NCBI RefSeq assembly: GCF_030028105.1
Contig: NC_092382.1
Span: 3,316,175-3,380,174 of the forward strand
DNA from: Mobula birostris
Taxonomy: Eukaryota
Reading direction: 5' to 3'
DNA length: 64,000 bases
Positions 47,030 through 61,200 of the stretch are shown here, piece by piece. Below the pieces are notes generated by a model. That model saw only the letters and a list, made by a program, of their open reading frames with translations. It had not been told where the DNA came from and did not search any database. How positions within the stretch are numbered: the stretch's first letter is position 1; each line of letters begins with the position of its first letter. The translations under genes were made by a program, and so were the position numbers.

Positions 47030-50000
47030 GTACAACACAGAAACAGGCTCTTTGGCCCATCTAGTTTGTGTTGAACTATGTAAACTGTCTACCCCTGTAC
47101 CTCTACCATCCAGGTACCTATACAAACCTCTTCAATGTTGAAATTGAGCTCGCACGCACCAGTTGGACCCTCTGCTCATTCCACACCCGGATGACTGTCT
47201 GTGTGAAAAACTTTCCCCTCATGTTCCCCTTCATGTTTCACTGTTCACCCTTAACCCATGGCCTCTGATTGTAGTCCCACCCCATCTCAGTGGAAAAAGC
47301 CAGCTTGCATTTACCCCATCTATAACCCTCATAATTTTGGCACACCTCCATCAAATCTCCCCTTGAGCTTCTACATTCCAAGGAATAAAGTCCTGTCCTG
47401 TTCAAACTTTCCCTATAACCCAAGTCCTCCAGACCTGGCAACATCCTTGTGAATTTTCTCTGAACTCTTTCAACCTCTTTTACATCCTTCCTGTAGGTAG
47501 GTGATAAAACTGCACACAATACTCCAAATTAGGCCTCACCAATATCTTGTACAATGTCAACAAAGTCATCTCCTGTACTCAGTACTTTGGTTCATCAAGA
47601 TTTTTGTGCCAAAATCTTGCTTTCCGTCCCTATTTAACTGTGACACCACTTTCAGTGAATTATGGACATGTATTCCCAGATCCCTTTCTTCTACAGCAAT
47701 CCTCAGTGCCCGACCATTCACTGTGTAAGACCCAGGTCCTATCAAAATGCAACACCTCGCACTTGTCTCCATTAAATTCCATTTTACATTTCTCCAGCTG
47801 GTCCAGATCAGACTGCAAGCCATTATACCCTTCCTCACTGTCCACTACACCCCCAATCTTAGTGTCATCCAGAAATCTGCTGATCCAGTTAACCACACTA
47901 TCATCCAGATTACTGATCTAGATGACAAACAACAACAGATCCAGCACCGATCCCTGTGGCAAACCACTAGTCACAGGCCTCCAGTCAGAGAGGCAACCAT
48001 CTGCTACCACACTCTAGCTTCTCCCAAATACAGTGTCTCATCCAATTTACTATCTCATCTTGAATGCTGAGTGACTGAACCTTCTTGACCAACCTCCCAT
48101 ATGAGACTTTGTCAAGTGCCTTGCTAAAGTCCATGTAGACAACACCCACTGCCTTGCCTTCATCCACTTTCCTGATAACTTCCTCGAAAGACTCATTAAG
48201 ATTGGTTAGACATGACCTAGCATGCACGAAGCCATGCTGTCTATCCTTAATCAGTCCACATCTATCCAAATACTTACATATCTGGTTCCTGCACATACGT
48301 TCCAATGACTTTCCCACTACTGATGTCAACCTCACTGACGTATAATTTCCTACTTTATTTTTAGAGCCTTTCTTGAACAGTGGAACAACATTGGCTGTCC
48401 TCCAATCCTCCAGTACCTCACCAGTCACTAAGGATTATTTAAATATCTGTGCTTGGGTCCTGACAATTTCTGCACTTGTTTTCCGCAGAGTCCCATGGAA
48501 CAACTTGTCAGGCCCTGGGGATTTATCCACGCTAATTTGCCTTAAGACAGCAAGCACCTCCACCTCTGTAATCTGTACAGGGTCCATGAAGCTGATGCCA
48601 TTTTGCCTCACTTCTATCGACTCTGTGTCCATCTCCTGAGTAAATGTGGATGCAAAAAATAATATTTAAAATCTCCCCCATATATTTTGTCTCCTCATAC
48701 AGATTACCATTCTGATCGTCCAGAGTGGGCATGTTTCTGTACTGAACTGGCCAAACGTGATTGGGAGGGGAAGCTGGTAGGATTGATGATGGAGCAGCAA
48801 TGGCTGGAGTTTCTGGGAGCAATTCGGGAGCTGAGTGATCGATACATCCCAAAGAAGTGGAAGCATTAGAAAGGCAGGAGGACACAACTGTGGATGAAAT
48901 GAGAAGCCAAAGCCAACATAAAAAGCAAAGAGAGGGCAAACAAAAGAGCAAAATCTATTGGGAAGCTTTTAGAAAACTACAGAAGATGACTAAAAAAGAT
49001 GTCAGATGAGTTCAGGGTGTGGAATTATGATATTGTAGTCACTAATAAGTCTTTGTAGCACCCAACAGTCTGAGGCATTTGGAGGAACAAAATATCCAGG
49101 GCCTCAATATCTCTTGAAAACCAAGGTTCCCTGCACCAGTTACCTTTCAACTTTTATTTTGACAGGCACATACAAACTCTACACCCTCAAAACTTCACTT
49201 CTGAAGAACTCCCACTTACCAAGTACTCCTTTGCCAGAAAACAGCCTGTCCCAAGCCACACTTGTCAGATCCATTCTGATACCATCAGAATTGACCTTTC
49301 TCCAATTTAGAATCTCGACTCATGGTTCAGTCCTTTCTTTTTCCATGTTAACTTGGAATCTCATGGCAATATGATCACTAGATGCAAAGTGTTCCCATAC
49401 ACTAATATTCTGTCACTAGCCCTGGAATATTTTCTAATAGCTTATTGCACATTTCTATGCTGGGAATTCTATGTGCTGATTAATGGCACATCTGACAAAC
49501 TCTACCCCATCTAGTCCTTTTACATCTGGGAGTCACGTCAATCTATGGAAATTTAAAATCATTTAGTATATCAAGCATTGGCATAGTCTGCGATCTCTCT
49601 TGCTAATTTGTTCCTCCAAATTCCTCAGATTGTTGGGTGCAAACAAGTCCCAGTCATGTCAACAAGATCACAATTCCCTGCCCTGAGGTCTGAACAGCAT
49701 TTGCCTGGTGTCAAGAAAACAACCTCTCCCTCACTGCCACAAAAACAAAGGAGCTGATTGTGGATGACAGAAGGAATGGAGACAGGCTAACCCCTATTTA
49801 CACCAATGGATCTGGGGTTGAGAGGGTGAACAGCTTTAAGCTCCTCGACATACACATCACCGAGGATCTCATGTGGTCTGTACATACCAGCTGTGTGGTG
49901 AAAAAGGCACAGCAGTGCCTCCCTCACGTCAGACGGTTGAAGAAGTCTGAAATGGGGCCCCAAATCCTAAGAACTTTCTGCAGGGTCACAATTGAAAGCA

Positions 50001-51330
50001 TCCTGACTGGCTGCATCACTGCCTGGTCTGGGAACTGTACTTCCCTTAATTGCAGACTTTGCAGAGTGGTGCGGACAGTCCAGCACATCTGTAGTTGTGA
50101 ACTGCCCATGATTCAGGACATTTACAGGGACAGGTGTGTAAAAGGGGCCCGGAGGATCATTGGGGACCCTACTCAACCGAACCACAAACTGCTCCAAGCT
50201 GCTACCATCCGGGAAACAGTACTGCAGCATAAAAGCCAGAACCAACAGGATTCTTCTATCAGGCCATCACACTGCTTAATTCATGCTGATACAACTGTAT
50301 TTCTATGTTATATTGACTGTCCTGTTCTATTATAAATTACCATAAATTGCACATTGCACATTTAGACGGAGATGCAACACAGATTTTTACTCCTCATGCA
50401 TGTGAAGGATGTAAGTAAGAAAGTCAATTCAATTCACCCTCTCTATTACCTGGCATTCTGGCTCCCATCCCCTCTACAACTTTAGTTTAACACCCCACCC
50501 CCACCCACCACACTAGCACAAGCAAGCCTTAACACTAGGATATCAGTCCCCTTCTAGTTCTGTTGCCGTAACTAGCAAATCCCCTATCACCCCTTTGACT
50601 TTCCTCTGCCATGTAATCCCGCCCCCAACAGTTTCTAAAGTGGTAGAATACATAGAACATAAAAAAACATAGAAAACCTACAGCACAAAACAGGCTCTTC
50701 GGCCCACAAAGCTGTGCCAAACATGTCCCTACCTTAGAGCTACCGAGGCTTACCCAGAGCCCTTTACTTTTCTAAGCTCCATGTACCCATCCAGGAGTCT
50801 CTTAAAATACGTTATTGTTTCTGCCTCCACCACTGCCGCCGGCAGCCCATTCCACGCACTCACCACTCTCTGCATGAATAACTTATCCCCGACATCTCCT
50901 CTATTTACTTCCAAGCACCTTAAACCTATGCCCTCTCGTGCTAGCCATTTCAGCCCTGGGAAAAAGCCTCAGACTATCCACACAATCAATGCCTCTCATT
51001 ATCTCATACACCTCTATCAGGTCACCTCTCATCCTCCGTCACTACAAGGAAAAATGGCCAAGTTCACTCAACATATTCTCATAAGGCATGCTCCCCTGTC
51101 GAGGCAAAGTCCTTATAAATCTCCTCTGCACCCTATCTATGGCCTACCTGTTGTTGTGTGGGATGGACACAAGAGTACTCTGCGATGGCTATTTAACCTC
51201 ATTCCCCTTCTCACCCAGTTTCCTGTGTCCTGCACCTTGGGTGTAACTCACCTCTCTTTATCTCACCCCCTCCGACTCCCGGATGATACGGAATTCATCC
51301 ATTTCCAGCCCCAACTCCTTAAAGTGGCGA
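47030..51330 (-). mobile_element. Long degenerate CR1 LINE with an inverted CR1 segment (~48745-49050), nested Rex1 and nested younger CR1 (50645-51140)
   Basis: RT motifs in ORFs 47985-48428, 47660-47896 and 47238-47519; 5' parts continue at 49050-49630, 50440-50640 and 51145-51330. Confidence 0.75.
49690..50435 (+). mobile_element. Rex1/Babar 3' fragment
   Basis: 'VERVNSFKLLDIHITEDL.WS.HT...KKAQQ...IESILTGCITAW.GN'; (AATTC)n tail. Confidence 0.85.
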
Positions 51331-52239
51331 TACAACATGTGCACACTGAATTTTATATATAGAGGTATTCATTTTAACAGCTATCAAATCACTGTCAATA
51401 AGAACTTTGATCTCTTCTGGGTTTGATTAAGTTCATCTGTACTCTCACACAACCTATGTTGCAGGCCTGTAACAGGTAATGAAGGATTTTCTCACCAGAG
51501 CTTTTGCACCCGGTCCATATGTGGTTTGCTTGCTAAATGACACTTAAAATGTCAGATTTCTAAATAACACTCCTTCCCACTTGCAAATTCTCCAGCAACT
51601 TTTGCATCACCACAATACACACAGGTAACACCAGTTTCTGTATTGTACATAAATATTTCCCCTGAACCCTCCCCCAGGTGACTGACGGTGGTGAACTCAG
51701 TGATGGCAATGCCAATGAATATGAAGGGAAGGGCAGTAGTCTGTCTCATTGGAGTCTGGCACATTTGTGATGTGAAAGCTACTTGTTGCCCAGGACAAGG
51801 TGTTTGATATCATTATGTACCCAGAGAGAGTGGGACAAAACATGTTCTCACGGGTAGAAAAGTCCAGAACAAGAGGGGGTGGAACAAGCAACAGACACAA
51901 AATGCTGGGGGAACTCAGCAGGCCAGGCAGCATCTATGGAAAAGAGTACTAATGCTGAGTTCCTCCAGCAATTTGTGTGTGTTGCTCGGATTTCCAGCAT
52001 CTGCAGATTTTCTCTTGTTTGTGACTGGAGGCAGAACAAAGGTGATTTTCACAACAGCTGATGTAAAAGATTTTGTTCCCTTTCTCCGAGTTCCCGATCC
52101 TTGCATTTAGACAGCTATAGCTCAGCTCTGTCTGAGAGACCCATCGGTTCCCATTCCCTCATCAGCCGGAAGCTCCCCGGGGCCCGTGTACGGATGGTGG
52201 GGCTGAGAGAGAGGGAAGAGAGCAGGACTGTCCCGGGAT

Positions 52240-52720
52240 TGCGGGTCACGGAGTCCGGAGTCACAGCAACTACCCGAAGTCGGTGTTGAAAACGCCGCCC
52301 GGTGAGACCCCCAACCCGGAGACCCCTTCTCACCTCAACCGATCATCCGGGGCCTTTTGTGCCCCGCGCGCTGGTGAGCTCGAGCTTGGTCGGTTTAACG
52401 GCTGGGCTACGAATCACGTGACCAGCTCCCCCCACCGCGGTCAACAGAGGAGTCAGGCGCTGCGCTATTCCCATTGGTGCGAAGCGATGTCAATCACTGC
52501 TTCCAACCAATAGCGGAGGCGGAACAGCCGAGAGGGCGTTACCCCCGCTGACTCCGTCTCCCGAACTTTCCGTCACGGCGGGACAACCGTCAAAGTAAAT
52601 GTCCGCTTTCTGATTTATTTCCATTTCCCTCCGAGGGAAGTTGGGGCGTTTGTGAAGCGTCTCCTGCGGCCGGAGTCTGATGTGTCGCTGAGAGGTAGGA
52701 GGAGACCGCTCGGCCCGTCG
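52240..52720. promoter_or_regulatory. CpG-rich, probably bidirectional promoter (ZF1 5' end on the minus strand)
   Basis: High CpG density; TCACGTGA at ~52414; opposed CCAAT boxes (attgg ~52473, ccaat ~52507). Minus-strand donor AG|GTGAG at 52333 and plus-strand donor AG|GTAGG at ~52695. Confidence 0.6.
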
Positions 52721-53789
52721 GTTTGATGCCGGTTCCCCGGGGAGGGAGAGGATGAAGACGGGGAGAGAGGGGGCGGACAGGATGTTTGTCCCGGTGGGGA
52801 CAGGAGGGGCTCATCTGTGGAAATGTCTGAGCCCACGGTGGTGGCGATTCACCACATTGGGGGGCAAACACCGGCAGACTGTTGCCCTGCAAGCGGGGCC
52901 AATGGTCCGGGCAAAGTGACAATTATTTGTGTTTTGTTGAGACTGTACCGGGAATATGGTGTAAAATCCCGCTCCCCACACTAACACGGGTCACACAGAC
53001 CAAAGAACAAACTGCCGGAGGAACTCAGTGGGTCGGGCAGCATCTGTGGAGGGAAATGGACCGTCAACATTTCGGGCCGAGACCCTCCCTCTGGACTGAG
53101 AGTGGACGGGAAATAGTCCGAGAAAAGAGGTGAGGGGTGGGGATGGGGCAAGAGCTGGGGAGTGAGAGGTGGATCCAGGTGACGGGGAGGTGGGAAGGTG
53201 GAAATAGTGACGGGGGTGGGAGGTGAGTGGTTGGGGCAACACGGGGCTGCAGAAGATGGAAATTAATTCCATAGAGGATTAACAAAGAGGTTGGAGAGTA
53301 TTTGTTATAGAGAGTGCAATGAAGATTCACCAGACTGATCCCTGGAGTGGTGGGGTCATCATATGAAGAAAGATCAAATGCAATAACCCTTTCATTTGGA
53401 GAATTGAGGACTGAGAGGTGAACACATTGAAATGCACAACATCATTACCAGTTGAACCAGGGATCCCAGTCTCTGAAAAAGGGGGTGGACTGTCCGGGAC
53501 TGAGATGAGGGGAAATGTCTCAACTCCAAGGGGGGTGAAAGTCTGTAAATCCCCATCACAGAGGCCGGTGAAGACTCAGTGATCATCCTCACATAAAACA
53601 GAGACCAGCAGATGTGTGGAGACCGAAGGGATCGAGGAAATGAGGATCGGACAGAAACATGTGGCTGAGATGGGAGAGCAGCCGTCATCTTGTTGATGGT
53701 TAGAGGGGCTGAATGGCGACCTCCTGCTGTTTCTCACTTGATGTTTCAGTGGTCCTGTCCAGTGAGGCCAGAGGAATGTGAATAGAAAT

Positions 53790-54945
53790 TAGAAACATAG
53801 AAAAACTACAGCAGAACATAGGCCCTTCAGCCACAAAGCTGTGCCGAATATATCCTTACCTCAGAAATTACCTAGGGTTACCCATAGCCCTCTATTTTTC
53901 TAACCTCGCTGTATCTATCCAGGAGTCTCTTAAAAGACCCTATCATATCCGCCTCCACTACCGTCGCCGGCAGCCCATTCCACGCACTCACCACTCTGTG
54001 CAAAAAAAGAACTTACCCCTGACATCTCCTCTGCACCTACTCCCCAGCACCTTAAACCTGTATCCTCTTGTGGCAACCATTTCAGCCCTGGGAAAAAGCC
54101 TCTGACTATCCACAAGATCAATGCCTCTCATCGTCTTATACACCTCTATCAGGTCACCACTCATCCTCCATCGCCCCAAGGAGAAAAGGCCATGTTCACT
54201 CAACCTATTCTCATAAGGCATGCTCCCCAATCCAGGCAACATCCTTGTAAATCTCTTCTGCACTCTTTCTATGGTTTCCACGTCCTTCCTGTAGTGATGC
54301 AAACAGAACTGAGCACAGTACTCCAAGTGGGGTTGACCAGGGTCCTATTTAGCTGTAACACTACCTCTTGGCTCCTAAACTCAATCCCAGGGTTGATTTA
54401 GGCCAATGCACCGTACCACCTTCTTAACCACAGAGTCAACCTTCGTAGCAGCTTTGACTGACTTATGGACTCTGACCACAAGATGCCTCTGATCCTCCAC
54501 ACTGCCAAGAGTCTTACCATTAATACTATATTCTGCCATCATATTTGACCTACCAAAGTGAGCCACCTCACACTGATCTGGGTTGAATTCCATCTTCTAC
54601 TTCTCAGCCCTGTTTTGCATCCTATCAATGTCCGCTGTAACCTCTGACAGCCCTCCACACTATCTGCAACACCTCAAACCTTTGTGTCATCAACAAATTT
54701 ACTAACCCATCTGTCCACTTCCTCATCCAGGTCATTTATAAAAATCACAAAGAGTAGGGGTCCCAGAACAGATCCCTGAGGCACACAACTGGTCACCGAC
54801 CTCCATGCAGAATATGACCTGTCTACAACCACTCTTTGCCTTCTGTGGGCAAGCCAGCTCTTGATCCACAAAGCAATCTCCCCTTGGATCCCAGGCCTCC
54901 TTACTTTCTCAATAAGCCTTGCATGGTGTACCTTATCAACGTTCT
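53790..54945 (-). mobile_element. 5'-truncated CR1 LINE
   Basis: 'VPQGSVLGPLLFVIFINDLD..FVDDTK', 'LEYC..' motifs; same subfamily as 27393-28558. Confidence 0.9.
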
Positions 54946-55364
54946 TCTGATGTTAGCCTTAAACTAGACTGGTGTTTAATATTGTGGATCTGTAAAAGAT
55001 AAATCAGTTCTGTTTCAAATCTCATGTCACAGATACTTACTGTCTCTGCCACACTCACTCTGTACACTAGAGAGGCCACTCAGTCCGTCTGCTCCCTGCC
55101 CATGTTTCTGTTCCATATCAGTATTTTACAGTCTAGCCCTGTTGTTCACTTCACCTCTCACTCTCCCCATGATGACAGGTTGCAACTCGTCACTACTCCA
55201 CAGGAGAAGAGATTTCCCTTGAATTTCATAGAATCAGAAATCTAGAGCAGATTACAGGCCCCTCAGCTCACAATGTTGTGCCAATCATGTAACCTGCTCC
55301 AGAAACTGCCTGGAATTTCCCGACCGCATTGCCCTCTATTTTCCTAAGCTCCATATACCTGTCT

Positions 55365-56862
55365 ATTGGTAATCATTTTCCAATGTTCTATAGATTCAGG
55401 ATCAGTTCCTGTGGATTGGAGGGTAGCTAATGTTATCCCACTTTTGAAGAAAGGAGGGAGAGAGAAAACAGGCAATTTTTGACCAGTTGGTCTGACATCA
55501 GTGGTGGGGAAGATGCTGGAATCAATTGTAAAAGATGTAATAGCAGCACATTTGGATAGCAGCGGCAGGATAGGTCCCAGTCAGCATGGATTTACGATGG
55601 GGAAATCATGCTTGACTAATCTTCTGGAATTTTTTGAGAACATAACTATGAAAATGGACATGGGAAAGCCAGTGGATGTAGTGTACCTGGACTTTCAGAA
55701 AGCCTTTGATAAAGTCCCACATAGGAGGTTAGTGTGCAAAATTAGAGCAAATGGTATTGGGGGTAGGGTACTGACATGGATAGAAAATTGTTTGGTAGAC
55801 AAGAAACAAACAGTAGGGATTAATGGCAGAATGGCAGGCGATGACCAGTGGGGTACCGCAGGGTTCAGTGCTGGGACCACAGCTGTTTACAATATATATT
55901 AATGATTTGGATGAAGGGATTAAAAGTAACATCACCAAGTTTTCTGATGACACAAAGCTGGGTGGCAGTCTGAAATGTGAGCAGGACGTTATGAGAATGC
56001 AGGGTGACTTGGACAGGCTGGGTGAGTGGGCGGATGCATGGCGGGTGCAGTTTAATGTGAATAAATGTGAGGTTATCCACTTTGGTGGAAAGAACAGGAA
56101 GGCAGATTACTATCTAAATGGCGTCAAGTTAGGAAAAGGGGAAGTACAAGATCTAGGTGTTCTTGTACATCAGTCACTGAAAGCAAGCATGCAGGTACAG
56201 CAGGCAGTGAAGCAAGCTAATGGCATGCTGGCCTTCATAACAAGAGGAATTGAGTATAAGAGCAAAGAGGTCCTTCTGCAGTTGTACAGGGCCCTGGTGA
56301 GACCACACCTGGAGTACTGTGTGCAATTTTGGTCTCCAAATTTGAGGAAGGACATTCATGCTATTGAGGGAGTGCAGCGTAGGTTCACAAGATTAATTCC
56401 CGGGATGGCAGGACTGTCATATGTTGAAAGATTGGAGCGATTGGGCTTGTATACTCTGGAATTTAAAGGGATGAGAGGGGATCTTATTGAAACATAAGAT
56501 TATTAAGGGATTGGACACGCTGGAGGCAGGAAGCATGTTCCCGCTGATGGGTGAGTCCAGAACCAGAGGCCACAGTTTAAGAATAAGGGGTAGGCCATTT
56601 AGAACGGAGTTGAGGAAAAACATTTTTACCCAGAGAGTGGTGGATATATGGAATGCTCTGCCCCAGAAGGCTGTGGAGGCCAAGTCTCTGGATGCTCTCA
56701 AGAAAGAGATGGATAGAGTTCTTAAAGATAGTGGAATCAAAGGTTATGGTGAGAAGGCAGGAACTGGATACTGATTGTGGATGATCAGCCATGATCACAG
56801 TGAATGGTGGCTCTGACTCTAAGGGCCGAATGGCCTACTCCTGCACCTATTGTCGATTGTCT
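55365..56862 (+). mobile_element. CR1 LINE RT region to 3' end, frameshifted
   Basis: Three overlapping ORFs (55501-55902, 55823-56497, 56487-56774) with QHGF, LDFQKAFDKV, GVPQGSVLGP, FSDDTK and LEYC; (ATTGTCT) tail. Confidence 0.93.
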
Positions 56863-57869
56863 AAGAGTGTCTTAAAAGACCCTATTGTATCCACGTCTAC
56901 CAATGTCTCTGGCTGTGCATTCCACACACCCACCACTCTTTGACATCTCCTGTGCGCCTGCTTCCAAGCACCTTAAAACTATGCCCCTCGTGTTAGGCAT
57001 TTCAGCCCTGGGAAAAATCCTCTGGCTATTCACACGACCAATATCTCTCATCATCTTATACACCTTCATGAATTTCCTGCATGATTCTCTCCAGGCTGAA
57101 TAAGACGATGAGCTCCCTGTGTATTTGAAGTTCTTCAGTGCTGTGAAATAATTTAGCTAAACTCCGTCTTCGCTGCTCTTTTCAAAGTTTTCGGTCATTT
57201 TCACTAATTTCAAAGGACTGTGCCTCAGACAGCTGGGTTGTTGCAATGCGCCTCCGAAGTCTGACAGCAGACTAGCAAATGAATCTTCAATGGAGCAGAT
57301 TCAGAAACCAATGAGATGCCGGCCTGAGTCAGGGCTTTGAGGCTCCAGAGAGAGGTGGGGTCTAGAGTTTATGGGGAGGAGGAGGAATCTGACCAGCAGG
57401 ATGTGCCTACAAATGAAAGATCAGAAATATTTGGAAACTTATTGATTGAAAAAAAAAGCTGGTTAATTTCTGCAAAATACTGGAATAAATCAGTAGATCA
57501 GGCAACGAATGTGGAGAGGAATAAATAGACAACGTTTCTGCCGAGCCCCTTCAGCATGCCGACGCTGTGTACTCCTCTGCTTAGTTGCTGCCTGAACTGC
57601 AAAGTTCCTCCAGCATCTTGGGTGTGAGTGCGGCTCTGTATTTCCAGTAACTGCAGAATCTCTTGTATTTTATATCTATATTGTAAGAGGGTTGTACTTT
57701 GGCATTAATTACACGTTGATATTGAGTATATTGTTTATGGGAGCCGCTTTCTGCGTTAGAACAGTTGCTGACTTTTCCATACACACAAAAGAAAATTAGG
57801 TATGGACATGGAACCTGTGCTTGCAGGAACTTTAATGGCGCCGGGATTACCCATAAATCCCTGCGTTAA

Positions 57870-58100
57870 TCATTTCGCCTTCGCCGTCGCCGAAGCACCG
57901 ATCGAATGCGCAGGCGTGAGGGTGCTGACGTTGCCGAATATCACGCATGCGCACAGTACACGGTGGGCCTGAGAAGACCTGTAGCAGGTAGGAGCGAGTC
58001 TCCGGGTGTCAGGGAGATTGTTGGGGAGGGGATTCAACACCGACTGAGGGATAATTGTTGTGACTTCCGGGACAGTCCTGCTCTCTTCCCTCTCTCTCAG
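57870..58100 (+). promoter_or_regulatory. CpG-rich promoter, non-coding exon 1 and first intron of ZF2
   Basis: NRF1-like TGCGCAGGCG (~57907) and GCATGCGCA (~57946); donor AG|GTAGG at 57988; acceptor ctctctcag at 58100. Confidence 0.55.
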
Positions 58101-58299
58101 CCCCACCATCCGTACACGGGCCCCGGGGAGCTTCCGGCTGATGAGGGAATGGGAACCGATGGGTCTCTCAGACAGAGCTGAGCTCCAGCTGTCTAAATGC
58201 AAGGATCGGGAACTCGGAGAAAGGGAACAAAATCTTTTACATCAGCTGTTGTGAAAATCATCTTTGTTCTGCCTCCAATCACTAAAAAGAGAAAATCTG

Positions 58300-61200
58300 C
58301 AGAGAGGACACAGTTTTAAGGTGCTTGGAAGCAGGTACGAAGGAGATGTCAGGGGTGTTGTGTTCTTTATACGTACCGTGGGTTACTGATAACAAACCAT
58401 ATTCTGCAGAATTGAACTTGTATTTAACAGCAGCAAAACCATGTTTTACACTGTCATGCTTCTCGATCATTCTTCATTTCTGCGCATGCTGGGAACTCTG
58501 TCCAGTCACGTCCTGACACGTGATATCACCACAAGGGGTAAGTTTTTTACACAGAGTGGTGAGTGCGTGGAATGGGCTGCCGGCGACTGTGATGAAGCCG
58601 GATACATTATGGTCTTTTAAGAAGCTCCTAGAAAAATACAGGGCTATGGGGAACTCTAGGGAATTTCTAAAGTAAGTAATGTTCAGCACAGCATTGTGGG
58701 CCGAAGGGCCTGTATTGTGCTGTATAAATGGGGAAGTCACTTACCCATGACCTCTGGTTGTCGTCCCACTCAACATCAGTGGAAAAAGCTGCTTGCATTT
58801 ACCCTATCTATACCCTCATATGTTTGCTTACTTCCAACAAAGCCTTTTTTAGCTGGATAAGATGATGAGGGGCATTGATCGTGTGGATAGCCAGAGGCTT
58901 TTCCCAGGGCTGAAATGGCTAACGTGAGAGATGTAGTTTTAAGCCGCTTGGAAATAGGTACCAAGGGGATGTCAGGGGTAAGTTTTTTTACACAGAGAGT
59001 GGTGGGTGTGTGGAATGCACTGCCAGCACTGGTGGTCGAGGCAGATACAATAGGGTCTTTTAACAGCCTCTTAGATAGGTACATGGAGCTTAGAAACATA
59101 GAGGTCCATGTGCTAGGGAAATTCTAGGCAGTTTCTAGAGTAAATTTCATGGTTGGCACAACATTGTGGGCTGAATGGCCTGGAATATGCTGTAGATTTC
59201 CATGTTCTATGTTGAACAGCGAAATAACTTTGGCTATCCTACAATCCTCTGATAACTCTCCCTTCACTAAGGATGAATTAATTATCTCTGCTGGGGCCCG
59301 ACGATTTCTGCACTTGCCTCCCATGGGGACCGAGGGAGCACCTTGTCATGCCCCGGAGATTTATCCACCCTCTTCTTTAATCTGTGCGGGTCCATGATTT
59401 TAATGCCGCTTTTCCACACTCTCATTGACACTGTGTCCATCTGAGTAAATAGGGATGAAAAGAATATTTAAGATCTCCCCCATTTGCTTTGGTTCCACAC
59501 ATGGATTGCCATTCCGGTCTTCCAGAGGACCAACTTTGTGCCTTGCAATCCTTTTGCTTTTAATCTATCTCCAGAATCCCTGAGGATTATCCTTCATCTT
59601 TTCTGTGAGGGCAATCTCATGCCTTCATTTAGCCGTCCTGATTTATTTCTTATGTGTTCTCTTGCATTTCTTCTAATCCACAAGAACCTACCTGCCCATC
59701 CCTGTTCTGCAACTCCATTTTGTGCTTCACCAGGGTCTCGATATCTCTTGAAAACCAAGGTTCCATACAGTTTCTATCCTCACCTTTTATTCTGAGAAGC
59801 ACATACCCGCTTTGTACTTTCAAAATTTCGCTTTGAAGGCCTCAATTTACCAAGCACACCTTTGCCATAAAGCAGCCTGTCCCAGGCCACAGTTGCCAGA
59901 CCCTAGTGTCATAATTCCGGGGGTTGATCCATGTCCTGAACACATCCGCCTTTCCTACGCTGCTCCTTGTATTGAAATATACAGGGCTCAGCATATTCAC
60001 TGCACCATGCTCAACTTTTTCATTCCTGACTTTGTCTGAGGACTGAACAACAACTGTCTCCGCAAACCCTGCACTATCTGTTCTGTTATTCAGGCTCCCA
60101 TTCCCCCTGCAACTTTAGTTTAACCCCCCTTACCCCCACCTCACACCATGCAGCTCTATCAGCCCTTTGGCTTTCATCTCCCAGATCAATAAAAAGGAGG
60201 TGCATACCAGGTACAGGCAGATCGGAACAAATGGGTAATTATGAAATACAGGGAATTCAAGTGAACACTTATGAAAGACAAAGAAGGCATGAGGTTGCCC
60301 CAGCAGACAAGGTCAAGGAGAATCCTCATGGATTCTGCAGATATGTTGAGTGTGAAAAGATTGCAAGGGAAAAAATTAATCCTCTGCAAGATCAGAATGG
60401 TAATCCATATGAGGAGACAAAATAGATGTGGGAGATATTTTTTGCTCAGGAGATGAACGCAGAGTCTATAGAAGAGAGGCAAAGCAGCATTAAATTCCTC
60501 GACCCTGTACAGATTACAGAGGTGGAATATGAGAGGTGGATCAAGAAGGTTCAGTCACTCAGCATTCCAGATGAGATAGTAAATTGGATGAGACACTGTC
60601 TTTGGGAGAAGCCGCTGTGTGGTAGCAGATGGTTGCCTCTCTGACTGGAGGCCTGTGACTAGTGGTGTGCCACAGGGATCAGTGCTGGATCTGTTGTTGT
60701 TTGTCATCTATATCAGTAATTTGGATGATAGTGTGGTTAACTGGATCAGCAAATTTGTAGCTGACAGCAAGATTGGTGGTGTAGTGAACAATGAGGAAGA
60801 CTATCATGGCTGCTGTGCGATCTGGACCAACTGGGAAAATGGTTTGAGAAATGGAAAATGGAATTTAATGCAGACAAGTGTGAGGTGTTGCACTTTGGTA
60901 TGACCTACCAAGGGAGTTCTTTCACCGTGACTGGTAGAGCACTGAGGAGTGTTGTAGAAGAAAGGGATGTGGGAATACAAGTCCTCAATTCACTGATGTT
61001 GGGGGAGTCCAGAACCAGAGGCCACAATTTGAGAATAAGGGGTAGGTCATTTCGAATGGAGTTGAGGGAAAACTTTTTCACCCAGAGAGTTGTGAATCTG
61101 TGGAATGCTCTGCCTCAGAAGGCAGTGGAGGAAAATTCTCTGAATGCTTTTAAGAAGGAGTTGGAGAGATCTCTTAATGATAGCAGAGTCAAGGGATATG

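Noticed and set aside
54945-55230. Minus-strand 'ttttacag' acceptor (~54990) as part of a third ZF gene
   Set aside because: No downstream finger sequence survives (a CR1 follows immediately); insufficient evidence.
55501-56774. Active reverse transcriptase gene
   Set aside because: 5'-truncated CR1 with at least two frameshifts and an upstream stop.
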